DNA of 64,000 nt from Emiliania huxleyi CCMP1516 (Eukaryota). Position numbers and translations under genes: made by a program. Below, in pieces: positions 1-11,723 of the stretch. Position 1 is the first letter of the stretch. Every line of letters begins with the position of its first letter. The notes beneath the pieces are model-generated. The model did not search any database. It was not told the origin of the DNA and was given only the letters and a program-made list of their open reading frames with translations. The stretch is taken from assembly GCF_000372725.1 (NCBI RefSeq), contig NW_005202113.1:1-64000 (forward strand). Direction: 5' to 3'.

Positions 1-460
1 AAGCGTGCTCGACCTCGTCGATCCAACCTGTACTACAGCGCTTGTAGGCGCGATGAGCGTCGTTCCACCTGACTCGAGACGAGTCTCAGGCGTCGTACCG
101 AGCGCGTCGAGACCGTGTCCTGATGTGATCTGCACGGGTGAGTCACGTCGGCGTCAAAGGAGCGACGTGCGACCTGTCAGAGCTTGATCTCCAATCGCAG
201 CTGCCTCTGTGCGTCCTGGGGAGGGACAAAATTGTCGCCGCCGGAGACGACTCGACGCCGCTGAGATTGGAGATCAAGCTCTGACAGGTCGCACGTCGCT
301 CCTTTGACGCCGACGTGACTCACCCGTGCAGATCACATCAGGACACGGTCTCGACGCGCTCGGTACGACGCCTGCGACCCGTCTCGGGTCAGGTGGCACG
401 ACGCTCATCGCGCCTACCAGCGCTGCCGTACAGGTTGCCACGACGAGGTCGAGCACGCTT
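1..460. repeat. Long imperfect inverted repeat (arms about 1-201 and 260-460, loop about 58 nt); left arm may extend beyond the window
   Basis: AAGCGTGCTC at 1 pairs with GAGCACGCTT at 451-460; the same peptide appears in ORFs 5..187+ and 274..528-. Confidence 0.9.
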
Positions 461-1029
461 CTATACGCTCGCCGAGCCTTCCTTTCCATCCAATTAGGCA
501 GCCTGGGAACGGTGGCGGTCAGAGGCAAAGCCTACGAGGGGTGGTGGAACCACATGTCACGGCTACTGCCGGCGGCTCGACCCCACGATAGCCTCCGAAG
601 GCTGACTTTGCGGCACCATCATCGGACGATGTCGACGAGTTGGGTCGCTCTCGCGGTAGCCAGATGACCTCTCTTTCTAGGAGCATCGGCCATGGCCGCA
701 GGGAGCGCGGGGGAGGGCGCTGGAAGCAACACGGAGCTCCGTTGGAGACGTTTTCAAGATTAGCGTGTCAGAGTAAAATATGGCACTAGTTCCTCTCTTT
801 CGACACAGAGAGCACAGAGGCGGCTTTACATGTAGCCAAAATACGCGCCAAGCCCAGCACGAGAGCTGTTCGTAGTTTCGAAGCGTGCACAGGGAGCCAG
901 AGGGGTCGAGCACGCTACTGGCGCGGCGTGCGGGGGCGAGCGGGCGCGGCGGGGGGACAGCGGACACAGCACAAGGGGGTCGTGGCTCCTTTAGGGAGGC
1001 TCAGGGCCGCCGCGAGCACACTGCCGACC

Positions 1030-2213
1030 TCAGCCGACCGCCTCCATCGCAGCTGGCGCCTCTGCTGGGGCGGAGGTGGGACCGTCGCGCGTGGAGACGA
1101 CCTCATCGATGAGCCCAAACTCGCGCGCCTGCTCGGGCGACATGAAGTGGTCCCGCTCCTTTGCCGATGCAATCTCCTCCACCTGCGGGGCCGGAGGCGA
1201 ACGGGTGCATGCGGGGGCGGGCGGTGGGCCGGCGAGGACACGAGTCACACGCCACTCAATGCGATGCAGCGCAGAGACTAGGGGCACCGCGATCTGCTCG
1301 CAGCGGCGGCCTCCGGAGGGATGCAGCGACTCTCTCTTTTGCGTCTCTCCTAAAGGGGCGGCTCGACCGTCCGGCCGCTGTGCGCCGCGTAGAGCCCGAC
1401 CAGCCTGCGTGCCGGCCGCGCAGAGGGGTGGTGTGAGAGCACGAGATGGGGTGAGAGGCGGGAGGCGGAGCTGCTGAGGAGAGGCTGGGCGGCGCGGAGC
1501 TGCTCAAGGGGCAGCTGCGCGGAACCAGAGGTTTGCGTCTGTGCTTTCGGCGGTGGGCACGCCGCCCCTCGAGTCCGGCCAGACGCGCGGCAGACTGCGT
1601 GTGGGGGCGCACCGCTGCTCGGGCGTCGGTATCAGCTGCTCTCGGCGCAAGAAGCGCTCGTCTCTCGTCTCTCGATACTCGTCTCTCGATAAGCTGCTCA
1701 CCTCTCTCGCGTCGCCAGGATCTCTCGAGCGTGGATCTCGATGTCGGTCGCCTGGCCGGAGACGCCGCCCGAAGGCTGGTGGATCATCACGCGCGAGTTT
1801 GGCAGCGCCCGCCGCATGCCCGGCGCGCCGGCTGCGAGCAGCAGCGACCCCATCGAGCACGCCTGCCCGACACATAACGTGGCGACCGGCGGCCGCACGA
1901 ACTGCATGGTGTCGTAGATGGCGAGGCCGGCGGTGACCACGCCGCCGGGCGAGTTGATGTACATGTAGATGGGCTTCTCCACCGACTGGGACTCGAGGTA
2001 CAGCAGCTGCGCCACCACGACGTTGCTCGTATCGTCATGGATCGGCCCGTTGAGGCAGACGATGCGCTCCTGCAGCAGCCGCGAGAAGATGTCGAAGGCC
2101 CGCTCGCCGCGCGGCGTGGACTCGAGCACCATCGGCACCAGGGCCATGCTTCGCCGCGGCGGCCGCCCGCAGAGCGGCGTGCGGCGACAGGCCGCCGACC
2201 GTATCGCCCGCAT
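1030..2213 (-). CDS. clpP: ATP-dependent Clp protease proteolytic subunit (organellar, spliced)
   Basis: Motifs [49 protein letters not shown]; exons about 2213-1702, about 1414-1373 ([10 protein letters not shown]) and about 1182-1030 ([20 protein letters not shown]). Confidence 0.93.
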
Positions 2214-2452
2214 ATGTCTACATTTCGAGTTTGGATAAAAAAATTCCCGCGTGTGGTGCTGGGCGGCAGCGGCAACACCAGCACCAGCAGCATCAGCGAC
2301 CAAGCAGCAGCAGCAAGCATGCGCGAGCACAGCACTCCAAGATGCGCCAGTCTTGGCAAGTCAGCAGCTAATTTTGATCTCGGGCATCCCCGAGGTGTGG
2401 GGTGGATGCAAGCGAGACGGAAAGACGGTCACACTGCACACACAGACACACA

Positions 2453-2588
2453 AAAAGAAAGAAAGAAAGAAAACAGACACGCCAAACGAGGGATGGGACG
2501 AGGACAGGGTCCCCACCTGCACGAGCAGGATTTTGGAAGGACGATCAGGGGGACAGGTGGGGCTCTCCTGCTCCTGACAAGGGACACG
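2453..2588 (-). mobile_element. Truncated retroelement-like end with (TTTC)n tail and 11-bp TSD
   Basis: ACAGACACACA at 2442-2452 and 2589-2599; the body matches modules near 20000, 20135 and 20816. Confidence 0.75.
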
Positions 2589-2738
2589 ACAGACACACAG
2601 ACGCTGCAGCTGCCACTGGAAGAGATTTTTCTTTAAAAGCATGTCCGCGAAGCTTTGAGATCCCCAAAACGCGCTGATTCCGCGGTTCCGATTATAATAA
2701 CCGCCGGCCCGCTCTACCCCGCGCACGTACTCGTACCA

Positions 2739-3798
2739 ATGCGCGCTGCTGCCCGGGGCGCCTGTCGATCGCTGTCCACCGCTGCGCCGCCTCCGCCCCT
2801 GTCGATGGCCGATAAGGTGCGGGCATTTGGCTCCCTCCTCGGAACTGGCTTGGCCAGTGGCGCTCTTGGCGGGCTGGTTGGGCTTGGGGCCCATGGTTCC
2901 CCCATTATGGTCCCTGCTCTCAAGTCGATGGCAAAGCACTCGACAGCCACGGCGACGGGCACCGCTGCTGTGGCAGTCGTCTCCACCGGCCTCGCGGGGT
3001 GCCTTGGATTTGCGACGGCGGGGAGCTTTGAGCCATCCAAGGGCATGTTTGGGAAGGTGACTCGGACGCTCTCTAGCTGTCTTTGCTCATTTACTTCTGC
3101 CACTGGTGCTCGGACCCTCTCCCCAGCCTCGCTTGCCTCACGCCTGCCCGCATGCCCCCCGCCCTTAGATCGAGGTCTTCACCGCCGTGATGACTGGAGT
3201 GGGCGCGGCGATCGGCTCGCGCATCGGCACACCCCTCGCTTCCAAGCTGAACCCACAGCTGCTGCAGCGCTCCTTCGGCGTCGTGCAGCTGGTTCTTGCG
3301 CCGCTCGTACTGTACAAACCGATCTACGACAAGCGGGTCAAGGAGGAGGCGGAGCAGCGGAAGAAGCTGCTCCGCAAGTCGACCACTGTCATCTCCTGGG
3401 GGAAGACATATACCGACGCGTACACCACCGTCGGGCGCTTCGCGGAGGCGGCAGGCAGGTCGCCGCCCATTGGCCTCGCCGCGGGCACCATCTTTGGCGT
3501 CCTCGGCGTCGGCGGCGGCGTCGTTATTGCGCCATGCCTCTGCCTCCTCACCAACCTCGACCACGCGACGGTGCTCGGCACCACTCTCGCAGCAATGCTC
3601 CCGGCCAGCGCCATGACCGCCCTCTCGCACTGGCGCGCGGGCAGCGTGTGCATGTACAGCGCCGTCCCCCTGGTGCTCGCCACGGCGGCGGGCGGCTACT
3701 ACGGGTCGAAGCTTGCCGTCGACCTGCCCGAGGAGCAGACAAAGACGCTCTTCGCCGCGACGATCTTTGGACTCGGCGTGCGCCGCCTCATGCTGTAG
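2739..3798 (+). CDS. TauE/SafE (TSUP) family sulfite exporter-like transporter, 2 exons
   Basis: GLASGALGGLVGLG..MVPAL, ATGT, GVLGVGGGVVIAP..ATVLGTTLAAM; intron about 3057-3168. Confidence 0.85.
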
Positions 3799-4157
3799 AC
3801 GCGGGGCCGCGCCAAACCTCTCACATATGTGTACGGAGAATCACAAGCGCCGAACGTTGGGCGCTGACATTTGGCGAGAGGGGAGTCGCTACGCCTGCAG
3901 CGGCAGCGGACAATCTCGTTAACACGGGGACGTCGCCTCTGTGCTCTAGTGCTCTCTCTCTGAGTCGACTAATAAAGACTGGGTACAAAAAGGAGAGACC
4001 GCGCGGGTCCCAGCGGCTCTGGCCCTCTAGTCTGGCCCGCGACTCCCACGTCCCAGGGCGCGCGATGCGCGCCGCGGGGCCCGGTCCCGTGCTGGCTCGC
4101 CGTGCGCGCGGGGAGAGAGGCGCGGCGCCGCGGGTCTCGGCTCTGCGCGGGGCGCGG

Positions 4158-5500
4158 CCGGCACCAACTTGATTCGTAGATCGGCGTCTCCCCCTCCCCC
4201 TATGGGCCGCCACCCCCCTTCAATCCGTAAATCCGTAAAAATCGCGTAAAAATCGCCCAAATTGAGCGTGCTGCGTGGAAGCGGCTCCAGCCGGTTCGGA
4301 GCGTGCCCCAGCTTGCGGGAGGCGATACACGGCGTGAACGAGGACTTTCGGCGACGTCAATTCCGTTGGGCTGGGACACGCGACAAGGGTCTGCTCAACG
4401 AACTCGGGATAGCCGACCTCAGTACGTTCGAGGCTTCGCTCTTGCACGATACAGGCGCGGTGCTCGACGCGATCCGAAGCACCGCTGCAGCCGCAGAGGC
4501 TGGTGTGGCGGCTTATGCCAGCTCGGCCACGAGCAATGTTGTTGTGTCCCCAAGCAGCGCTGATGTAATCTCCGCGCAGCACAAGGGCAGCTTCTCCCGC
4601 ACTCTCGTCAGCACAGACGCGCAAACCACGCGAAAGGGCTCGGACATCCATGCAGCTGTGAGTAGTGCGAGTGCTGAGATGCTGCTCCGGCAGGAGTTGG
4701 AAGAGAAGTTGCGGTCACAGACCAAGGAGCTCGCTTCTGAGCAGCGCTCTGCGGGCGCTGTGAAGAGGGCGCTCGCGTCGGCGCGGGCTGAGCTTGCTGC
4801 GGCACAAGAGCTGAGGCGCTCCGACCGCGACAACCTGAGGACAGCGCAGCAGGCTGCTAAACGCGACATCAAAGCGGCCGAGCGGATGGCCGACGAGGTA
4901 AAACACGCAGCTCGAGCTGATTTTGAGTGGCGTATCGGCGAGATGCGTGCCAAGATGCAGGCTGAGCTGCGCGAGCAGCTCGACGCGCTGCAGATTTCGA
5001 TGGAGGCAGAGGCGAGGCGCGCTGATGCCGCAGCGAGGCGGAGAGGTCAAGGCGCTGCACAACAAGATGGAGGGGATTATGCACACGCGTGAGGGGTTGA
5101 TAGTCGCACTCGCAGAGGCGCAGCTCGGCAAGCACGAATATAGTGATTGTTAAGAGATATACGTAGCGTTACAGTCGTACGGTCGTTGACCCTCCCACCG
5201 TGTGCCCTGGGCCGCCCGGACCCCAGAGCTGCGCACGTGCAGACAGCGTTGCGCGAGCGTTGGAGAGGCCAGCCTCCGGCTTCTCAGCGTGTCGCGAGTG
5301 CTGTGTCTCATATCTGCCTGGTGGATGGGTGTGGTCTAGGGGGTGTGGTGGGGGACTCCTGGTGCCGGTGGTGGCTTTTCGTTACAAATTTACGGAATTA
5401 CGCTTTACGGATTTACGGTATTTTTACGGATCGACCCCCCTCCCTCCCCGTCCCGCGGCCCGGCCGTGAGACGCCGATCTACGAATCAAGTTGGTGCCGG
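4158..5500. mobile_element. Putative non-autonomous TIR element carrying a coiled-coil gene fragment
   Basis: 33-bp perfect inverted repeat CCGGCACCAACTTGATTCGTAGATCGGCGTCTC (4158-4190 / 5468-5500) with inverted subterminal ATCCGTAAA repeats; no TSD found. Confidence 0.65.
4262..5153 (+). pseudogene. Coiled-coil protein fragment with no ATG and a frameshift near 5040
   Basis: Heptad-rich ORF 4262..5092 continues in another frame (EVKALHNKMEG...) to 5153. Confidence 0.5.
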
Positions 5501-5749
5501 ACCGCGAGGTGGCATGAAGGTTGGGTGGTTGCAGCGAGAATCGGGAGATAATTTTTTCGTGTCCAGCGTGCCGGCGGGCGCGAGACGCGGTTTTTTGGGT
5601 TTGTCTATTGACGAGACACACGGTGTGGAAAAAGAGGCATTTTTAAACGTGGCGGCGCACGCGCCGGGCGCGCGCCGCCGGCACGCTGCACACGAAAAAT
5701 TGACAGGTGTACCACCTTCGTAGGTGTGCGTCCGCAACTCGGCAAGTCC

Positions 5750-6277
5750 TCATGCAGCCCCGTCGCCCGGCGTCCCGGAATCCTCGCCTCCGCTGCCTCC
5801 GCTGCCGCCGCCGCCGCCGCTGCCGCCGCCGCTTCCACCACCACTCTCATCATCGCCAGCGCGTCGCTTCTCGAGGATCGGCCGAAGGAGGCGCGAACCC
5901 ACCGAATAAGCGACGAGCAGAACGAGCCCACCAGTCGGCCGCAGCGCCTCGGACGGCCCGAACGGCGTGCCCGCATCATCTTGCTGCTGCTTCACCGAAA
6001 CCGTCTTCAGAGGCGGCTCTCCTAGCCATCGTCCGACCGGCGTGTCGCCGAGTGCCAGCGACGTGAGGCCCAGCAGGCCGACGCCAATGAGCCCTCGCGG
6101 GTTGGGAACGAGCTCCGACCAGCCTCCACCGGTTGCTTTTTCCACCTCCTTATCACGCTCTTTGTTTTCGTACAGAAGCACCCTCTGGATCCGGCGAGGC
6201 GCGCCGACCCGGACCGAGGAGAGGCTCAGGCCGCCAGCGAGAGAGGGCAAGCAGCAGCAGCAGAGGAGGAGTCGCAT
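5750..6277 (-). CDS. Hypothetical membrane protein with signal peptide (possibly plastid-targeted)
   Basis: MRLLLCCCCLPSLAGG signal peptide, two hydrophobic segments and a Gly/Ser tail. Confidence 0.6.
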   Translation of the reverse strand: MRLLLCCCCLPSLAGGLSLSSVRVGAPRRIQRVLLYENKERDKEVEKATGGGWSELVPNPRGLIGVGLLGLTSLALGDTPVGRWLGEPPLKTVSVKQQQDDAGTPFGPSEALRPTGGLVLLVAYSVGSRLLRPILEKRRAGDDESGGGSGGGSGGGGGSGGSGGEDSGTPGDGAA

Positions 6278-6309
6278 CGAACACCGCTGAACACCTCTGA
6301 GCACAGAAA

Positions 6310-6425
6310 CGAAATAAATAAATATCCGATTTCATGCCACGGAAACCCAAACACAGGCGGCGACGTGGCATACGAGCTCATACGAAAGGAGGCGCACAAG
6401 TTCCAAGGACGCACGAGCGAAAAAA
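6310..6425 (-). repeat. Copy of the retroelement-like end, family A
   Basis: GAAACCCAAACACAGGCGGCGACGTGGCATACGAGC is shared with about 20780; related copies lie at 13125, 19365 and 20400. Confidence 0.75.
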
Positions 6426-6521
6426 AACTTTCTCAACGAGCGAGCTCGCGCGGCGCTAGGCTCGAACGGCGTGCGCGGGCCGGCGGGGTGAGGACCCAGC
6501 CTTCGACGAGCGAGCAGTGCG

Positions 6522-8006
6522 ATGCCGAAAGGTCGGAAGCAGCCCGAGCAGCGCAGCGCGAGCAAAGGTGGGATCGGCATCGGCTATGTAGACAAAGCGA
6601 CCGGCAAGACGACGATGTTAAAGCTCAAGGACAGTTCGCTGCATCGGATTCCAGCGGATGAGGCCCTCGTGATCAGCGCTCCGCCATCACGGCAAGGTGC
6701 ATTCGCCGGGCTGGGTGAGTGGGGCGGCCGCCATTCACGACCAACCGATGAGGAGCTTAAGGAAGAGGCGATCGATGCGACTGTTGCTTCGATGGAAGCT
6801 GCTCACCTCATAGCCGAGGATGTACTCAACGCAGCTAGCGGTAAGCCTTTCGACGTCAGTGAACCATTCCAGGCGTTCGATGTGCTCGGCCATGTCGACA
6901 TGATTTCCGTTGCTGACCCCCAGCGGCTGGTCGCTACCCTGCACAGCTGTAGATCATGGGCTGAGCTGCGTGGAAAGTTTCGGGACTGGCCGAGGACCCC
7001 TCGGCTCTTCAAATTTGCCGACATGACTGAGTCCCAACTGGATGCAATGGGTCGATGGCCAACGCCAGTGACAGCTTCCGGGTACTTGGTCATGCTGTCC
7101 AACAGGGAGTATTGGCTCGCATACGGCGTCAAAGCCGACCACCGGGAAGTCGTGATCCATGAGCTCTTTGCCAACATCCGCCCAGAAGCCAGCGACGTGA
7201 GAGCCGACAATGCATCACGTCGAATCGCTCTTACGATGCTGCAGGCAGGGGCAGAGGCCGGCGATCTTCACACGCTGCTGACCGTGGGTGCGAGCATCTC
7301 ACGAGATGCAGCGTTGGCTCGCAAGCGCCCAGACATCCATGCCACTGCTGTTCAGACATACATGCCGCTGCTACTCAGAGCCAGTCACAAGACGGCGGTA
7401 CAAGACGTATGCTACTTTTCGACCGTCTGTGGCGAGATGTTCGAGATGGCGAGCGAGCGTGGCGTGCCCGGCGCAGCTAGATCTGCCATATTGGCGTACA
7501 AGTGAGGTGCTGAATTTGTTTCTCAGCCCAAGGCGTTCGTGGCTAGTGGCTACTACCAATACATGTGGAATAATCTCGGGCTAGCGCTCAAGCGAGCAGG
7601 TGAGTTTGACATGGCAGAACGGGCGTACCTCTGGGGAATGGCCGTGCCACGTCCACTCCGCAGGCCAGAGGCAGGCGGTGAAGACATGCTAGCGTCGATC
7701 CGGAGCCACCTGGTCAACAATGACAAAGCGCGCTCAAAGACGCCTTCAGAGCAGGCACGTGACGCCGCGTGGGGTATTGGGATGCAGTGCTGGTCGGCCC
7801 GGCCTGCAGTCTGCGGCCTATCAGAGTCTTGCGGCCAATGTGCAGCTTGTGGCATAAGCTCTTTCAATGTCCGATCCGTCTGCAAAGGCTGTAGAATGGT
7901 GAAGTACTGCGACCAAGATTGCCAAAAGGCCCATTGGCCGCATCACAAAAAGTGGTGCAAAGAGCAACAAAAGAAGATGGCAGCTTCTCGGGCGCTTGCT
8001 GATTGA
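6522..8006 (+). CDS. TPR + MYND zinc-finger protein interrupted by an in-frame TGA at 7503-7505
   Basis: ORFs 6522..7505 and 7539..8006 share a frame; WNNLGLALKRAGEFDMAERAY (TPR) and CAACG..CKGCRMVKYCDQDCQKAHWPHHKKWC (MYND). Confidence 0.75.
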
Positions 8007-8304
8007 GAGTCAGACGATGGCGTTTGGCGGTCTGTCGTTTTGGCGGTTTGAGGAGAGTGTATTATTCTTCTGTGTAGGATATTGTGGGATGGACCTACGG
8101 TGCGGACGATCGGAAGTTATGGTGCTCATTGGTAATCAACTAATCATTTGTTGCGCAGAGCCCGCCCCCAGCTGTACACAAGTCTAGTGTCATATGTCCA
8201 AGACGTCGGTGTCGACAAGACTAACGGCTGGAGACGAGACCCAGACCGCGACGAACCGACGAATCTCCGGAATCGCTCGCGATTGAGACAACGTTGTCAC
8301 GTTC

Positions 8305-8601
<297 letters not shown>

Positions 8602-9129
8602 CTCTGGCTGGCTGAGGTCATGATGACCAAACAATAAATAAAAACGGACACCTCTCTACTGTGAGATGGGTAAAAAGGAACAGGTCCCCGCCCTTGCGAT
8701 CTTTGTGCAGGGTTCTTTGTGGGTGTGGTCGGCGACTAGCCGGGGTCGTCCTCCCGGTGGGGGACTAGCACTAGCCGTCTTCCACATGGTCCCTCGGGTC
8801 CCTGCTACTCCTAATCTCTTCGTACATCCTCCTGCTGATCTCCGCAAAGTCCTGCTCCCTCCCTCGTCTCGCCCTGCGCGTCTGCTCCGCCTCACCGTCT
8901 TCTGCCCTGCGTCGTCTGGCGACGGGTCCTCCATAGTCGGTCGAGGTCGCCGCCCTCCTCTTGCCTCTTCCCAACGTTCCCTCGGCGGCCGATGCCGTCT
9001 GCTCCGGCTCCCCAGTCCCCGGGTCTGCCCTGCTCTCGTCTGCGCTAGTTTCTGCTTCGTCCTCACCGGCGTCTCTCCTCTTCCTTCTCCCCCTTCTTGT
9101 ATGCTTTGCACATCGCGTGGAGACCGTCT

Positions 9130-9775
9130 TTTTTTTTCCTTCGCGGCAACGCAATGGCGGCAAGGCCTCTTTGCGCGCCCGCCTCGTCACGCAGAAGACC
9201 AACGGGCGTCGGACCGCGGTGAGACCGCGCCGCCCTCCGCGCCCGCCCGCGCCCGCAGCGTGAACACATACGCGCGTCCCTCGCCGCACGGAAACATACG
9301 CGCCAGCCGCGCACACAGCCTCACATGCAGCGCAGACCGCATGCCCGCGCCCTGGGCCGCCGACGACCCGGTCGGGCGGGCTGAGCGGCCGCCGCACACC
9401 ACCAGACAGGCGCACAACCACCCGCAGCGCGCCGCAGCCCACCGCGCAGCCCTGCCAGCCAAGCCTGCGCCTCCCAGCTGCACAAACCGGCGCACAACAG
9501 AGCACAGCGCACAGCACACGCCGGCGCGCGCGCAGCACACGCAGACGCGCGCGCGACCGCAACACGCACACGTACACAGCACGCGCGCGTCGCACGCCAG
9601 CGCAGCGCCACACACAGAGCACACTTCCCATCAGCAGCAGCAGCCTGCCACAATCCACATCTCACACACGCGCGCGCACGCACACTCCCCACGCCGGCGC
9701 ACGCATTGGGCGTCGCCGAGAGCTCCCAAAGCTGACTTGTGTGGCTGCTTGTGCTGCCTGCTCATGAGCAGTTAA
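9130..9775 (+). repeat. Dispersed about 650-bp repeat (second copy inverted at about 44157-44800)
   Basis: TTCCTTCGCGGCAACGC...GGCTGCTTGTGCTGCCTGCTCAT is shared between the copies, with near-identical translated ORFs. Confidence 0.85.
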
Positions 9776-9790
9776 TAAGCTCCGGGGTCG

Positions 9791-9890
9791 NNNNNNNNNN
9801 NNNNNNNNNNNNNNNNNNNNNNNNNNNNNNNNNNNNNNNNNNNNNNNNNNNNNNNNNNNNNNNNNNNNNNNNNNNNNNNNNNNNNNNNNN
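9791..9890. other. Assembly gap (100 N)
   Basis: N run. Confidence 1.
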
Positions 9891-10060
9891 GGCCGCAGCA
9901 CGCGAGATGCGCGGAGACTACGTCAGCTACTTCACGCGGGCTCGCCGGCAGCGCTCGGGGCTGACAAGCAGGCAGCACAAGCAGCCACACAACCCAAAAG
10001 CTCACTTGTATGGCTGCTTGTGCTGCCTGCTTGGCAGCACAAGCAGCCACACAACATCCC

Positions 10061-10492
10061 GCTTCATCTCGCCTCCTAGTCTCGCCTCATCTCGCCTCAT
10101 CTCGCCTCACCTCGCTTCATCTCGCCTCACCTCGCTTCATCTCGCCTCACCTCGCCTCATCTCGCCTCACCTCGCCTCATCTCGCCTCACCTCGCCTCAA
10201 CCCTCATCTCGCCTCACACCTCGCCTCATCTCGCCTCACCTCGCCTCATATCGCCTCACCTCGCCTCATCTCGCCTCACCTCGCCTCATCTCGCCTCATC
10301 TCGCCTCATCTCGCCTCATCTCGCCTCATCTCGCCCCCCACCTCGCCTCACACCTCGCCTCATCTCGCCTCATCCTCGCCCCATTTTTTTCTTTTCTAGA
10401 TGCATGACCCGAGATGACCCGAGATCGACCCGAGATCGACCCGAGATCGACCCGAGATCGATCCGAGATCGACCCGAGATCGACCCGAGATC
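10061..10492. repeat. Minisatellites (CTCGCCTCAY)n followed by (GACCCGAGATC)n
   Basis: 10-mer array at about 10061-10380 and 11-mer array at about 10406-10492. Confidence 0.95.
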
Positions 10493-11723
10493 GGCACGAG
10501 CGATCAACCCAACAATGCCCCAAAGCCCCCTCTCTGGGGGACCCCCCCTCACCCCGAGTGTCCGTGTCCTTCGCGAGTCACCGATGGGGAGCGGGGGGGG
10601 GTGCGAGATGCACAGGGGAGGCTGGGGAGGGGGGGGTCCACTCTGAAGACAGCCGACCGCGGGGGGGTTTTGTCCCACAGGGTTTTACCCTCCGCGTGAG
10701 GATCGGCGCGGCGAGGGGGTAGGTTCGAATTCGCCGCGCAACATTTCACCCCCACAGGACCCCGCCCACCCCCCCTCATGGTCCCACCTAGCACCCCAAT
10801 GAGCTTTCGCACCCCCTCCTTGCGCAGTGTCCCCCACTATGTGTCGCCGTTATCGGGGCATGCTATCCTGTGCAGTCAGGGCAAGTGGGGGCGAGGCGCA
10901 GTCCCTTTGACGTATGTATCTCTGGGTTCTGTCCCTAGTCTCGGAGGGGGGCTTGAAGCTAAGAATATTTTATTTTTTGCACATCGCGTCGATTCCTTTT
11001 CGCGTGAGCACCAGCCTGAAGCCCGCCCAGCATCTGAACCGCTCCCTAAGTCGAAGGAGCATCATCAGTCTCACCCACTTCGCTCTCTGCCCACTGTCTC
11101 CGCTCCCTCCCGCTTGAGCTGCCGTCGCGGCCCTCGTTCGTCCCACTGGCTGTTGGACCGTCCCTGCGTTGCCTGCGTTATCCCTCCTCTGCGACTCCCT
11201 CAAGGCCGGCCGAGCTTCTTTCCGCCCAGTGAAGAGCTTCCTCAGCCACTCGATGTGTTCCTCTCTCTTCATTATGCGCGCCGTAGCCTCATCATTGAGC
11301 CGGATCCACCTCTGCACCGCGCCCGTCGCCGCCTCGGCCACGACTGGACTTGCAAGTTCCTCGTGACCCCGGCGCCAAGGTCCCTCCAGCTCTTCTCCGA
11401 GAGATCATCTACCAGCGCCGGCAACACCCCCCCGACGGCTGGGGCTAGTGCATCTGAGCAAAGAAACGAACGCGCGGCGCCGTATTTATGTATTGATATA
11501 ATAGGCTAGTCGTAAGAGGTAGTCGCAGGGTCCTAATGGTTGATCGATATAAGGCGCGCCCGCGACGCGGCGCACAACCACACTGCAGTGTACATGATAC
11601 ATGGGTCAAGTCTCTCATCGCTGCCGTCGCTATCGCTTTCGTGCACCCTCTGCATTCGCCGAGACAGCCACTGACACCCCATACGCAGAGACGAACGTGT
11701 GTCGTACTCGTAGCGTCAAAGGG

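Larger units (their letters stand above)
8631..11450 (-). mobile_element. Degenerate retroelement 3' part (family E), split by an insertion at 9119-10975
   Basis: TTTA tail at about 8631-8644 and UTR shared with 20510-20725; ORF ends ...DHVEDG* at 8771; the reading KGIDAMCK|AYKKGEKEEERRR is continuous across a 14-bp duplication. The 5' limit is uncertain. Confidence 0.6.

Noticed and set aside
7502..7526. 25-nt GT-AG intron removing the TGA
   Set aside because: It would shift the frame away from the TPR/MYND region.
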